In this document: positions 9,063 through 18,348 of the stretch, piece after piece
How positions within the stretch are numbered: position 1 is the first letter of the stretch
Layout of the letters: each line of letters begins with the position of its first letter
NCBI GenBank assembly: GCA_902534495.1
Contig: CACAQC010000001.1
Coordinates: 158,773 to 222,772 of the forward strand
Direction of reading: 5' to 3'
From: an uncultured Candidatus Actinomarina sp.
Lineage (GTDB): Bacteria > Actinomycetota > Acidimicrobiia > Actinomarinales > Actinomarinaceae
DNA length: 64,000 bases
Notes under the pieces: model-generated
The model's input: only the letters and a program-made list of their open reading frames with translations
What the model was told of the DNA's origin: nothing
The model's database searches: none
Made by a program: the position numbers and the translations under genes

Positions 9063-9533
9063 ATGGCTGGTTTAAAACCAAATGACTTCAACTGGATTAT
9101 TGAAGGTAAACTGGCAGTTTCTGAATGTATTGGTGGCGCTGGATTAACACCAAGAAAAATTAGAAGAGAAGAAGAAATTCAATGGATTAAGAGTCAGGGA
9201 ATAAATGCAATTTTCTCTTTGTTAGACTCAGATTTCAATTTAAAAAACTACCAGGAAGTAGGGTTTAGGACCTACCACTATCCTCTTGCAGATGATGTCC
9301 CAATGGAGTCATTAAATATAATATTTGAGGCAATAAAAGAAGCACTATTAGACAAAGAAAGAAAGCTACTTATACACAGAGAGTATTTAGACGAAGAGGT
9401 GCCAGGTATACTTGCTGGATACTTAATTTATTCTAAACTTTTAGATGATCCAATTCTGGCCAGAACAATATTAGAAAAGATTTTAGAGAAGCCACTATCT
9501 CCAAAAGCTATTGCCCTAATTCCAAATACTTAA
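9063..9533 (+). CDS. PTP/dual-specificity-phosphatase-fold protein lacking the catalytic Cys and Arg (pseudophosphatase)
   Basis: Collinear with small archaeal/bacterial PTPs (recalled SsoPTP). The P-loop HCxxGxxR position reads HREYLDEEVPG, while the Asp-loop region PLADDVP is retained. ATG 9063 follows AAAGGA; the track start TTG 9042 is an alternative. Confidence 0.55.
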   Translation: MAGLKPNDFNWIIEGKLAVSECIGGAGLTPRKIRREEEIQWIKSQGINAIFSLLDSDFNLKNYQEVGFRTYHYPLADDVPMESLNIIFEAIKEALLDKERKLLIHREYLDEEVPGILAGYLIYSKLLDDPILARTILEKILEKPLSPKAIALIPNT

Positions 9534-9536
9534 AAA

Positions 9537-9908
9537 ATGTCATATGACATAAATATTATTGGGATCAAAACATCAGGAAAACACGGAATTTACGAAATTG
9601 AAAAGTCAAATAATCAAAAATTTCTTGTAGATATAAAAATTATTATAGATAATTTTTTAGGTGATGAAATACATGACACAATTAACTATGAAAACGTAGT
9701 GGATGATGTAATTAAAATTGTTAAAACTAATAGCTTTAATCTTATCGAGACATTATCAAAAGAAATCACCAAAGAAATTTATAAAAAATATAATTCCGAA
9801 AGTAATGTAAAAATATTTGAAATCATAGTGACAGTTCATAAGCCAGATACTATTTTGAAAGAAAAAACAAATAATTTATCAGTTACTTACAGTGAAAAAT
9901 TTAAATAG
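9537..9908 (+). CDS. folB: Dihydroneopterin aldolase
   Basis: 123 aa. Position between folP and folK, and a GxxGxxxxEK-like N-terminus (GKHGIYEIEKSNNQKF). The sequence is divergent. Confidence 0.75.
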   Translation: MSYDINIIGIKTSGKHGIYEIEKSNNQKFLVDIKIIIDNFLGDEIHDTINYENVVDDVIKIVKTNSFNLIETLSKEITKEIYKKYNSESNVKIFEIIVTVHKPDTILKEKTNNLSVTYSEKFK

Positions 9909-10365
9909 TATTTATCTTTCTTTAGGATCAAATATTGGAGACAGAACAGACAACCTTACCAAAGCAATAGTGGAACTTTCTAAAAAAATGAAAATTGTTA
10001 AATTGTCTTCTATATATGAAACGGAACCATTACTTTTTGAAAACCAAAATAGTTTTTTAAATATGGTTTTGGAAGTTGATTATAAAGGGTCTCCAGACCA
10101 ATTGTTAGAAAGTATAAAGATAATAGAAAATGATATGGGGAGAGAATCTACATTTAGATATGGACCTAGATTAATTGACATAGACATAATATTTTTTAAC
10201 AATTATGAAGTCATTCAAGATAATCTAACTATTCCACATTATGACTGGAAAAATAGATTATTTGTTATAGAGCCACTGTATGAAGTTTTAGAGCTAGAGT
10301 TGAATAAATCTGAATATAAAATTAATGGTCAAAAAGTCAAAAGAGTAGGTAGTATAAATCTGTAA
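9892..10365 (+). CDS. folK: 2-amino-4-hydroxy-6-hydroxymethyldihydropteridine pyrophosphokinase
   Basis: 157 aa. Motifs YLSLGSNIGDR, YETEP, GPRLIDIDIIFF and IPHY. Confidence 0.9.
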   Translation: MKNLNSIYLSLGSNIGDRTDNLTKAIVELSKKMKIVKLSSIYETEPLLFENQNSFLNMVLEVDYKGSPDQLLESIKIIENDMGRESTFRYGPRLIDIDIIFFNNYEVIQDNLTIPHYDWKNRLFVIEPLYEVLELELNKSEYKINGQKVKRVGSINL

Positions 10366-10392
10366 GTACGGGCACCATATTTAGGGCACGAT

Positions 10393-11220
10393 ATGACAAG
10401 AATAATAAATAAAATTGATAAAAAAATATTTCATGAAGAGAAATGCTTTATTCCAACGATGGGAGCATTGCATGAAGGACATTTGTCATTAGTTAAACTT
10501 GGAAAGAAGTCTACAAATGGCAAAACAATTGTCTCGATCTTTGTCAATAAAAGGCAATTTAATGATGAGAGTGATTACGATAATTATCCGATTGACCTTG
10601 ATAAAGATATCGAACTCCTGACAAAAGAGGAAGTTGATTACATATTTATACCACAAGAAAATTACATTTATCCAAAAGATTTTGCAGAACTAGATGGAAT
10701 AAAATCTGGAGAAAAAGGAAGCCTGTTTGAGGGTGCTCACAGGCCGGGCCATTTCGATGGGGTCTTAACTGTTGTCAAAAGGTTGTTTGATTTAGTAAAT
10801 CCAACATCGGTAGTTTTTGGAAAAAAAGACGCACAACAACTTTATCTAGTGAAAGAATTCTTAGCTAATAAAAGCAATAATTTAAAAATAATAGAAGCAG
10901 AAATAATTAGAGATGAATATGGATTAGCCATGAGCAGTAGAAATCGTTTACTTTCCACAAGTGGAATTAATATTGCTAGGAATATTTTTCAAATTCTTGA
11001 GAATACAAAAGAACACTTCATGCAAAATCAAGATATTCAACAATCAGAAGATTTTGGAAAAAAGCTATTTGATGAAAATGCTATTGAATATGACTATTTA
11101 AATTTCGTAGATCCAAAATATTTTGAAACACCAGATAGTAATCGGGAGAAATTATTGTTAATTACTGCTGCTTATGTACAAGGAATTCGATTAATCGACA
11201 ATATGGAGGTAATACAATGA
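10393..11220 (+). CDS. panC: Pantoate--beta-alanine ligase
   Basis: Motifs IPTMGALHEGHLSLV, RPGHFDGVLTVV, FGKKDAQQ and GLAMSSRN. Confidence 0.92.
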   Translation: MTRIINKIDKKIFHEEKCFIPTMGALHEGHLSLVKLGKKSTNGKTIVSIFVNKRQFNDESDYDNYPIDLDKDIELLTKEEVDYIFIPQENYIYPKDFAELDGIKSGEKGSLFEGAHRPGHFDGVLTVVKRLFDLVNPTSVVFGKKDAQQLYLVKEFLANKSNNLKIIEAEIIRDEYGLAMSSRNRLLSTSGINIARNIFQILENTKEHFMQNQDIQQSEDFGKKLFDENAIEYDYLNFVDPKYFETPDSNREKLLLITAAYVQGIRLIDNMEVIQ

Positions 11221-11984
11221 AGAACATAATTGCAGTAGATATTGGGAATACAGAAACAACAGTTGGGATAGGGAGTAAGGATAATTGGGATTCTTACAGA
11301 TTTACAACGAGAGACACAAATACACCAGACGAATTATTAGCTCTTTTTAATTCAACTTTTCAAATTAAGAGTGAAGTGAATAAAGATATTGAAGGCGCTA
11401 TCATTTGCTCTGTTGTTCCGCAGGCTACCAATAGTTTTAGTGAAGCTATTCGCAAGTATTTAAATTTAGAGCCAATTATTGTGGGTCCTGGAATTAAGAC
11501 TGGATTAAAAGTTAATATTGATAATCCTAAAGAACTTGGTCCCGATAGAATTGCAAATTCAGTAGCTGGATATCTCTCAACTGAAGCTGATACTGTAGTA
11601 ATTGACCTAGGTACAGCTACAACTTTTGATGTAGTTAGTAAAAATAAGGAATATCTTGGGGGATCTATAGCGCCCGGAATAAAGATAAGTCTTGATGCAT
11701 TAACATCAAAAACAGCATCACTAAAATCGGTCGAACTTGATACTCCAAATAAAGTTATTGGAAAAAACACTTACGAAGCAATACAAAGTGGATTAATAAT
11801 GGGACACGCTTCAATGATTGATTCTATGGTAGATAAGATAATACTAGAAATAGATATTGAACCAAAGATTATCTTAACTGGTGGATTAAGTAAAGTGGTA
11901 CAACCGATTCTGAATGTTAATGTTGAATATATTGAAAATTTAACATTAGTTGGTCTTGAAGAAATATTTAAATTAAATAATTAA
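11217..11984 (+). CDS. coaX: Type III pantothenate kinase
   Basis: Motifs IAVDIGNTETTVG, LGPDRIANSVA and VIDLGTATTFD. 4-nt overlap with panC. Confidence 0.9.
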   Translation: MKNIIAVDIGNTETTVGIGSKDNWDSYRFTTRDTNTPDELLALFNSTFQIKSEVNKDIEGAIICSVVPQATNSFSEAIRKYLNLEPIIVGPGIKTGLKVNIDNPKELGPDRIANSVAGYLSTEADTVVIDLGTATTFDVVSKNKEYLGGSIAPGIKISLDALTSKTASLKSVELDTPNKVIGKNTYEAIQSGLIMGHASMIDSMVDKIILEIDIEPKIILTGGLSKVVQPILNVNVEYIENLTLVGLEEIFKLNN

Positions 11985-11993
11985 GCTGTAGTT

Positions 11994-13481
11994 GTGGGTG
12001 ACTTATCTAAATCAGAGAATGAAATTTACTCTTTAAGAAAAGAAAAAGAGCAAAAAATAAGAGATAGTAAGCTTGAGTCATTCCAAACTAGTTTTAAAAA
12101 TTCTACCCCAATAGATTTTCTTCACAGTGAACATAAAGATATAGAAAATGGTTTTAAGACAGATATAAATGTTTCAGTAAGGGGAAGAATTTTAAGCATT
12201 AGATCTTTTGGAAAATTAACATTTATTGACCTTAAAGATGAAACTGGAAAAATTCAGTTAGTTTATTCAGACAACGACCTTTCAGATGAGCTAATTGATT
12301 ATCTTCAAAATCTTGATGTAGGAGATATTGTTGGAGTTTCTGGAATAATAATGAAAACAAAAAAAGGGGAACTCTCAATATACATAAGCAATCTTTCACT
12401 ACTTACAAAATCCTTCAGAAATTTCCCTGAAAAATGGCATGGGCTTAAAGACAAAGAAACTAGATTTAGACAAAGATACCTAGACTTTGTAGTAAACGAA
12501 GATGCAAAGAATACAATTACAACAAGATTCAATATTTTAAAGCTAATTAGAGAATTCATGACATCGGAGGGTTTTATTGAAGTTGAAACACCAACACTCC
12601 AGCCAAAAGCAGGTGGAGCAATAGCAAGACCCTTTTCTACTCATCACAATGCAATGAATATAGATATGTATTTACGAATTGCTCCTGAACTTTATCTCAA
12701 GAGATTAATCATTGGAGGTTTTGAAAAAGTATTTGAACTTGGGAAAGTATTTCGAAATGAAGGAGTTGACCAAACACATTCACCAGAATTCACGATGATG
12801 GAAAGTTATGAAGCATATACAGACGTCAATGGAGTGATGGATATGGTTGAAAATATGTGCCAATATGTACTTGAAAATTTAAAAATAGATAAAAGCATTG
12901 AATTCAATGAAAAAGTTGCTAATTTTAGTTTTCCTTGGGATAGAAAAAGTATGTTTGAATTGGTCAATGAAAAGTTTGAAATAAACCTATCATATGATTC
13001 AAACCTTGATGAAGTCATGGCATTGTTAGAGTCAAAATATCAAATTGAATCTGAATCAACGACAGTTGGAGAGCTTGTGTTTGACATTTTTGAAAATTAT
13101 ATTGAGGATGATATTGTAGACCCTGTGTTTGTAACTGATTATCCTAAAGAAGTTTCTCCTTTTGCCAGAGAAAGTGATGAGAAAATGGGCATCACTGAGA
13201 GATTCGAACTTTTTGCATTTGGTAGCGAATTAGCGAATGGATTTTCAGAATTGATAGATCCTGTTGAACAAAAAAAGAGATTGAAAAGCCAAGCAGAAAA
13301 AAAAGCTAAAGGTGATGAAGAAGCTCATGTTGAAGATAATGATTACATTGAAGCTCTGGAGTTCGGACTCCCTCCGACTGGAGGACTAGGCTTTGGTGTT
13401 GACAGGTTTGTGATGATGATTACGAACAATGATTCAATTAGAGAGGTAATCGCTTTTCCTCATCTGAAACCAGAGAATTAA
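11994..13481 (+). CDS. lysS: Lysine--tRNA ligase (class II)
   Basis: Motifs FRQRYLD, GFIEVETPTLQ, FRNEG and GGLGFGVDRFVMM. GTG start. Confidence 0.95.
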   Translation: MGDLSKSENEIYSLRKEKEQKIRDSKLESFQTSFKNSTPIDFLHSEHKDIENGFKTDINVSVRGRILSIRSFGKLTFIDLKDETGKIQLVYSDNDLSDELIDYLQNLDVGDIVGVSGIIMKTKKGELSIYISNLSLLTKSFRNFPEKWHGLKDKETRFRQRYLDFVVNEDAKNTITTRFNILKLIREFMTSEGFIEVETPTLQPKAGGAIARPFSTHHNAMNIDMYLRIAPELYLKRLIIGGFEKVFELGKVFRNEGVDQTHSPEFTMMESYEAYTDVNGVMDMVENMCQYVLENLKIDKSIEFNEKVANFSFPWDRKSMFELVNEKFEINLSYDSNLDEVMALLESKYQIESESTTVGELVFDIFENYIEDDIVDPVFVTDYPKEVSPFARESDEKMGITERFELFAFGSELANGFSELIDPVEQKKRLKSQAEKKAKGDEEAHVEDNDYIEALEFGLPPTGGLGFGVDRFVMMITNNDSIREVIAFPHLKPEN

Positions 13482-14461
13482 TTAGTTCTATTAATTAAAT
13501 AATTGTTTATGTTCTCTAATACAGGGAATAGAGCATGGTCTTTTAATTCAAATATTGACTCTATACTTTTACTGAAATAGTCATTAATCACATCCTTCGA
13601 GTTACTAATTATTTCACTTGTTGTAAATTCGTTAATAACAGAATTTATTTCAATTTCTTCTCGTTGTATTGATTTTAAAATTTCTTCATATTTTCCACGA
13701 TTGATATCTAGTGCAATTAGAACTGGAAGGGTATAAGTTCCCTCCAAAATATCATTTCCAGATGGTTTGCCAAGAGTTTTTTCATCCGAGGTCAAATCTA
13801 AAATATCATCAGATATCTGAAATATTATTCCACAGTTCCATCCCCATTGACTCAAAGCATCAACAATTTCAACATCCGCATTACCAGCAACTGCACCAAG
13901 TCTTGCACTTGTTCTTATTAAGCTAGCTGTTTTACCTTCGATTACTTTTAAGTAATCTTCAACACCATGATCTAAGTTGAAAGAAAGATTAAGTTCTCTG
14001 GTTTGACCCTCGACTAGTTCCGCATAAGTTGATGCTAGTAATTTTACAGATTCTAGACCCAGATTTTCTGCAGCTAATTCAGATGATCTTGCTAAAAGAT
14101 AGTCTCCAGCTAATATAGATAAATTAGAATTCCACTTTGAATTTGAACTTTCTACACCCCTTCTTGTTGTAGCATTGTCCATTACGTCATCATGATAAAG
14201 ACTTCCAATATGGATTAATTCAACTGCAACACCCGCATCTATGATTTTGTGTATATGTTTTTTATCATCCCCAAATTTACCGGAAAGCAATGAAACAATC
14301 GGCCTAAATCTTTTTCCCCCAGCTTTGATTAAATATTGTGATATCGAAGAGAGATATTCATTATCCGAGCTAGAAACATTGATTAATCTTTGTTCTAATT
14401 TCTCTAAATTTTCCCACAAATCTTCAAATGGAATAATTTTTTGTATTTCCTTGCTTTCCAT
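13478..14461 (-). CDS. Polyprenyl diphosphate synthase (trans-isoprenyl diphosphate synthase family)
   Basis: First and second Asp-rich motifs: LYHDDVMD and FQISDDILD. 327 aa. Confidence 0.9.
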   Translation of the reverse strand: MESKEIQKIIPFEDLWENLEKLEQRLINVSSSDNEYLSSISQYLIKAGGKRFRPIVSLLSGKFGDDKKHIHKIIDAGVAVELIHIGSLYHDDVMDNATTRRGVESSNSKWNSNLSILAGDYLLARSSELAAENLGLESVKLLASTYAELVEGQTRELNLSFNLDHGVEDYLKVIEGKTASLIRTSARLGAVAGNADVEIVDALSQWGWNCGIIFQISDDILDLTSDEKTLGKPSGNDILEGTYTLPVLIALDINRGKYEEILKSIQREEIEINSVINEFTTSEIISNSKDVINDYFSKSIESIFELKDHALFPVLENINNYLINRTN

Positions 14462-14540
14462 AGTTAAAGAATACGTGAAATGTATAAATACTTGTAATTT
14501 TCATTTAAGTGTAAAAACGAATAGTTATTAATATAAACAC

Positions 14541-17021
14541 ATGTTTGAAAGATTTACAGATCGAGCCAGAAGAGTAGTTGTTCTTGCCCAAGAAGAAGCA
14601 AGAAGGCTTAATCACAATTATATTGGAACTGAGCACATTCTTCTTGGCCTAATTCAAGAAGGTGAAGGCCATGCCGCAAAAGCGCTTGACGAACTTAATA
14701 TAAATATAGATAGCGTTAGGACAGAAGTTGTCGAAATAATTGGTGAAGGTCAGCAATCTCCAAGTGGACATATTCCATTTACACCTCGTGCGAAAAAAGT
14801 TTTAGAACTCTCATTGCGAGAAGCCCTACAATTGGGTCATAACTACATTGGCACTGAACATATTCTTCTTGGTCTCATAAGAGAAGGAGAAGGTGTTGCT
14901 GCACAGGTACTTAAAAAGCTTGGAGCCGAACTTTCACAGGTAAGACAAACTGTAATCAAATTAATTTCTTCATCAGGTGAAAGTAAAAAACAACAATCCG
15001 CATCAACTGGTGGAAGAGAAAGACCTGGATCAAGCACTGGCTCTGCAATCTTAGATCAATTTGGTAGAAATTTGACGAGAATGGCAAAAGAAGGAAAACT
15101 AGATCCTGTTATTGGTCGTACAACGGAAATTGAAAGAGTAATGCAAATTCTTTCACGTAGGACAAAAAACAACCCTGTTTTGATTGGTGAGCCTGGCGTA
15201 GGAAAAACAGCAATAGTTGAGGGTTTAGCTCAAAAAATCATTTCAGGAGATGTGCCTGTAACTCTGGAAGGAAAACAAATATATACACTAGATTTATCAG
15301 CTCTAGTAGCTGGCTCAAGATACAGAGGTGATTTTGAGGAAAGACTCAAGAAAGTATTAAAAGAAATAAAAACAAGAGGTGACATAGTTCTGTTCATTGA
15401 CGAAATCCACACTCTTGTTGGTGCTGGAGCTGCAGAAGGTGCGATTGATGCAGCATCAATTTTGAAACCTATGTTAGCTAGAGGAGAGCTACAAACAATC
15501 GGTGCTACAACACTTGAAGAATTCAGAAAACATTTTGAAAAGGATGCTGCTTTAGAGAGAAGATTTCAATCTGTTCAAGTAGATGAACCTAAATTATCTG
15601 ACGCTATTGAGATTCTTGACGGGCTTAAAGATAGATATGAAGTCCATCACGGTGTGAGGTTTACTGATCAAGCTATAGCTTCAGCAGTAAATATGGCTGA
15701 TAGATACATATCTGATAGATTCTTACCTGACAAGGCGATAGATTTAATTGACGAAGCAGGTAGTCGAATGAGAGTTTATAAAAAGCCTTTAGAACCGGAA
15801 AAGCAAGAAATGGCAGATAAGCTTAAAAACCTAAGAGAGCAAAAAATCGACGCTGTCCAATCACAATTGTATGAAAAAGCAGCACAAATTAGAGATCAAG
15901 AAAAGCTGCTACTAGATGAAGTTTCTGGTAGTAACCCGAGTGAAGTTTCAGAAATTGAGATGGTTATTGATGAAGAAGAAATTGCTGAAGTTTTAGCTCA
16001 GTGGACCGGTATTCCAGTTCACAGGCTAACACAAGAAGAAACAGCTAGATTGCTTGAAATGGAAAACGAACTTCACAAGAGAATTATTGGTCAAGACGAA
16101 GCTATTTCAGCAGTTTCTAAAGCAATTAGAAGAACAAGATCAGGATTAAAAGACCCAAAACGACCATCTGGTTCATTTATATTTCTAGGACCTTCTGGTG
16201 TTGGTAAAACAGAGACTGCAAAAGCTTTAGCAGAGTTTTTATTTGGAGATGAAGAATCATTAATTCAAATCGATATGTCAGAATATATGGAAAAACATAC
16301 TGTCAGTAGACTAATTGGTTCTCCTCCAGGTTATGTTGGTTATGATGAAGGCGGACAACTAACAGAAGCAGTAAGAAGAAAACCCTTCAGTATTGTTCTT
16401 CTTGATGAAGTTGAAAAAGCGCATCCGGATGTATTTAATACCCTTCTACAAATTCTTGAAGATGGAAGACTTACAGATGCCCAAGGAAGAACGGTTGATT
16501 TCAAAAATACAATAATAATCATGACTTCTAATCTTGGAACTAAAGATATAGCAAAGAACGTTGGCTTTAGTAGCCTTTCAGAGATTGACAATTATGAAAA
16601 AATGAAATCTAAAGTTGGCGAAGAATTAAAAAGATACTTTAAGCCGGAGTTTTTAAATAGAATTGATGAAACAATTGTGTTCCATGAACTTACTTTAGAT
16701 GAAGTAAAAGAAATCGTTGACTTGATGCTTGACAGAGTTCATGACCAATTAAAAAATTCTGACCTAGAGATTGTTCTTTCTGAAGAAGCAAAAACATATT
16801 TAGCAACAGAAGGTTACGATAAAGAGTTTGGAGCTAGACCATTAAGAAGGTCTATTCAACGCTTATTAGAAGATCCTTTATCTGAAGAACTTTTAATGGG
16901 TAAATATAAAGCAGGTTCTACAATTATCGTTTCTCTTAATAGCGAAAATAATAGTCTTGAGTTTGAGCCGGTTGAAGCACCAGATGAACCTCCAGTAGAT
17001 TTTGTAGATTCTGAATCTTAA
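14541..17021 (+). CDS. clpC: ATP-dependent Clp protease ATP-binding subunit ClpC
   Basis: Duplicated Clp-N repeats, two AAA+ modules ([13 protein letters not shown] and [13 protein letters not shown]) and a UVR-like middle region. Confidence 0.97.
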   Translation: MFERFTDRARRVVVLAQEEARRLNHNYIGTEHILLGLIQEGEGHAAKALDELNINIDSVRTEVVEIIGEGQQSPSGHIPFTPRAKKVLELSLREALQLGHNYIGTEHILLGLIREGEGVAAQVLKKLGAELSQVRQTVIKLISSSGESKKQQSASTGGRERPGSSTGSAILDQFGRNLTRMAKEGKLDPVIGRTTEIERVMQILSRRTKNNPVLIGEPGVGKTAIVEGLAQKIISGDVPVTLEGKQIYTLDLSALVAGSRYRGDFEERLKKVLKEIKTRGDIVLFIDEIHTLVGAGAAEGAIDAASILKPMLARGELQTIGATTLEEFRKHFEKDAALERRFQSVQVDEPKLSDAIEILDGLKDRYEVHHGVRFTDQAIASAVNMADRYISDRFLPDKAIDLIDEAGSRMRVYKKPLEPEKQEMADKLKNLREQKIDAVQSQLYEKAAQIRDQEKLLLDEVSGSNPSEVSEIEMVIDEEEIAEVLAQWTGIPVHRLTQEETARLLEMENELHKRIIGQDEAISAVSKAIRRTRSGLKDPKRPSGSFIFLGPSGVGKTETAKALAEFLFGDEESLIQIDMSEYMEKHTVSRLIGSPPGYVGYDEGGQLTEAVRRKPFSIVLLDEVEKAHPDVFNTLLQILEDGRLTDAQGRTVDFKNTIIIMTSNLGTKDIAKNVGFSSLSEIDNYEKMKSKVGEELKRYFKPEFLNRIDETIVFHELTLDEVKEIVDLMLDRVHDQLKNSDLEIVLSEEAKTYLATEGYDKEFGARPLRRSIQRLLEDPLSEELLMGKYKAGSTIIVSLNSENNSLEFEPVEAPDEPPVDFVDSES

Positions 17022-17166
17022 TTATTAAAATAAATAAGCTAACTTATTTGTCAAATTGAACCAAAAAACTTAGTTAAGAACAAGGCTTAACCAAAAATTT
17101 TTGTCTACTATGTATCTCGTATAGGTATTTTGTATACCTTCAACTAGTTGGACAAGGAGTAAAAAA

Positions 17167-18285
17167 GTGACTCGAATGAAGTCGAAATGGCTAATACTTT
17201 TTATGGTATTTAGTTTATTTATAGTTTCTTGTGGAGGCGGATCTGATGATGCGGTTGAGGATGTTGCAGTAGAGGAGCCAGTTGAAACGCTGGATGCACC
17301 TGCTACGACAGCTGCTCCAGCTGAACCAGAAGCTGACCCTGCAAGCATTTGTCTTGTATTAGACATTGGTGGTCTTGGTGATTTGGCATTTAATGACTTA
17401 GCATATTCAGGATACCAAAAAGCGATTGCTGATTTTGGCATGGAAGGAACCTTCCTAGAGCCAGAGGGTGGTGGTGAAAATAGAGGCGAACTTCTAGAAC
17501 TTTGTGCAGAAGCTGGAAACGATCTGATCGTTGGAAATGGTTTCTTATTTGATGCAGCAATGAATGAAGTAGCACCTAAGTATCCAGATATTAACTTTGC
17601 AATAACAGATGGTGTTTCAGAGGCAGGTAACGTTAGAGGAATGTTATTTCAGCATGCTGAAGGATCTTTCCTTGCTGGAGTTGCAGCAGCACTAAAAACA
17701 AAAACTAATAATGTTGGATTCATTGGTGGGGTTGATTTTCCATTAATTCATGAATTTGAGCAAGGTTTCCTTGCTGGTGTTGCCGCTATCAATCCTGATA
17801 TTACAGTTCAAATCGGATACGCAAGCGTACCTCCAGACTTTTCAGGATTTAATGATCCCGTCAAAGGTAAGGAAATTGCCCTTGCGCAGTATGAAGCTGG
17901 AGCAGATATAATTTATCATGCTGCCGGTGGAACTGGTACAGGAATGTTCGAAGCAGCTAAAGAAGTATCTGAGGCAACTGGATCAAAAGTGTGGGGAATT
18001 GGTGTAGACTTTGATCAATATTACCAAGTAGGTAATCCACTTCCAGAATTGCAAGAATATATCTTATCTTCAATGGTTAAAGCAGCTGACGTAGCTATCT
18101 ACAATGCTGCAAAAGCAACAGTAGAGGGCAACTTTACTGGTGGTCCTTTAGTTGGTAATTTAGCAACTGAAGGAGTATATCTGTCTTATTCAGGTGGATA
18201 TATTGACGACATTAAAGATACTATCGAAGAATACAAAGCAAAAATTATAAGCGGAGAAATTGTACCTCCGTCTGCAAGACCTTAA
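17167..18285 (+). CDS. BMP-family (PnrA/Med-like) ABC transporter substrate-binding lipoprotein, probably nucleoside-binding
   Basis: Lipobox IVSC followed by an acidic Ala/Pro/Thr linker. BMP-like motifs DIGGLGDLAFND and WGIGVDFDQ. AGGAG lies 7 nt upstream of GTG 17167. Confidence 0.85.
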   Translation: MTRMKSKWLILFMVFSLFIVSCGGGSDDAVEDVAVEEPVETLDAPATTAAPAEPEADPASICLVLDIGGLGDLAFNDLAYSGYQKAIADFGMEGTFLEPEGGGENRGELLELCAEAGNDLIVGNGFLFDAAMNEVAPKYPDINFAITDGVSEAGNVRGMLFQHAEGSFLAGVAAALKTKTNNVGFIGGVDFPLIHEFEQGFLAGVAAINPDITVQIGYASVPPDFSGFNDPVKGKEIALAQYEAGADIIYHAAGGTGTGMFEAAKEVSEATGSKVWGIGVDFDQYYQVGNPLPELQEYILSSMVKAADVAIYNAAKATVEGNFTGGPLVGNLATEGVYLSYSGGYIDDIKDTIEEYKAKIISGEIVPPSARP

Positions 18286-18306
18286 AAAGTCTGAAAATTT
18301 TATATT

Positions 18307-18340
18307 CGTTCCAGAGTTTTCTCTGGAACGGATATTTTTT
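18307..18340 (+). terminator. Intra-operon hairpin terminator/attenuator after the binding-protein gene
   Basis: CGTTCCAGAG-TTTT-CTCTGGAACG, a perfect 10-bp stem, followed by GATATTTTTT. Confidence 0.5.
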
Positions 18341-18348
18341 GTAAAAAA

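Noticed and set aside
17022-17166. Possible purine/nucleoside riboswitch upstream of the BMP-family binding-protein gene.
   Set aside because: Only short AT-rich hairpins are present (GTTAAG/CTTAAC and AGGTAT/ATACCT). None of the purine, 2'-dG or preQ1 core sequences are present.
17070-17441. 123-aa minus-strand ORF, and the 109-aa plus-strand ORF at 32781-33110, both rich in Ala, Ser and Gly.
   Set aside because: They are antisense to the GC-richer signal-peptide and linker regions of binding-protein genes. Stop codons are simply depleted there by composition.
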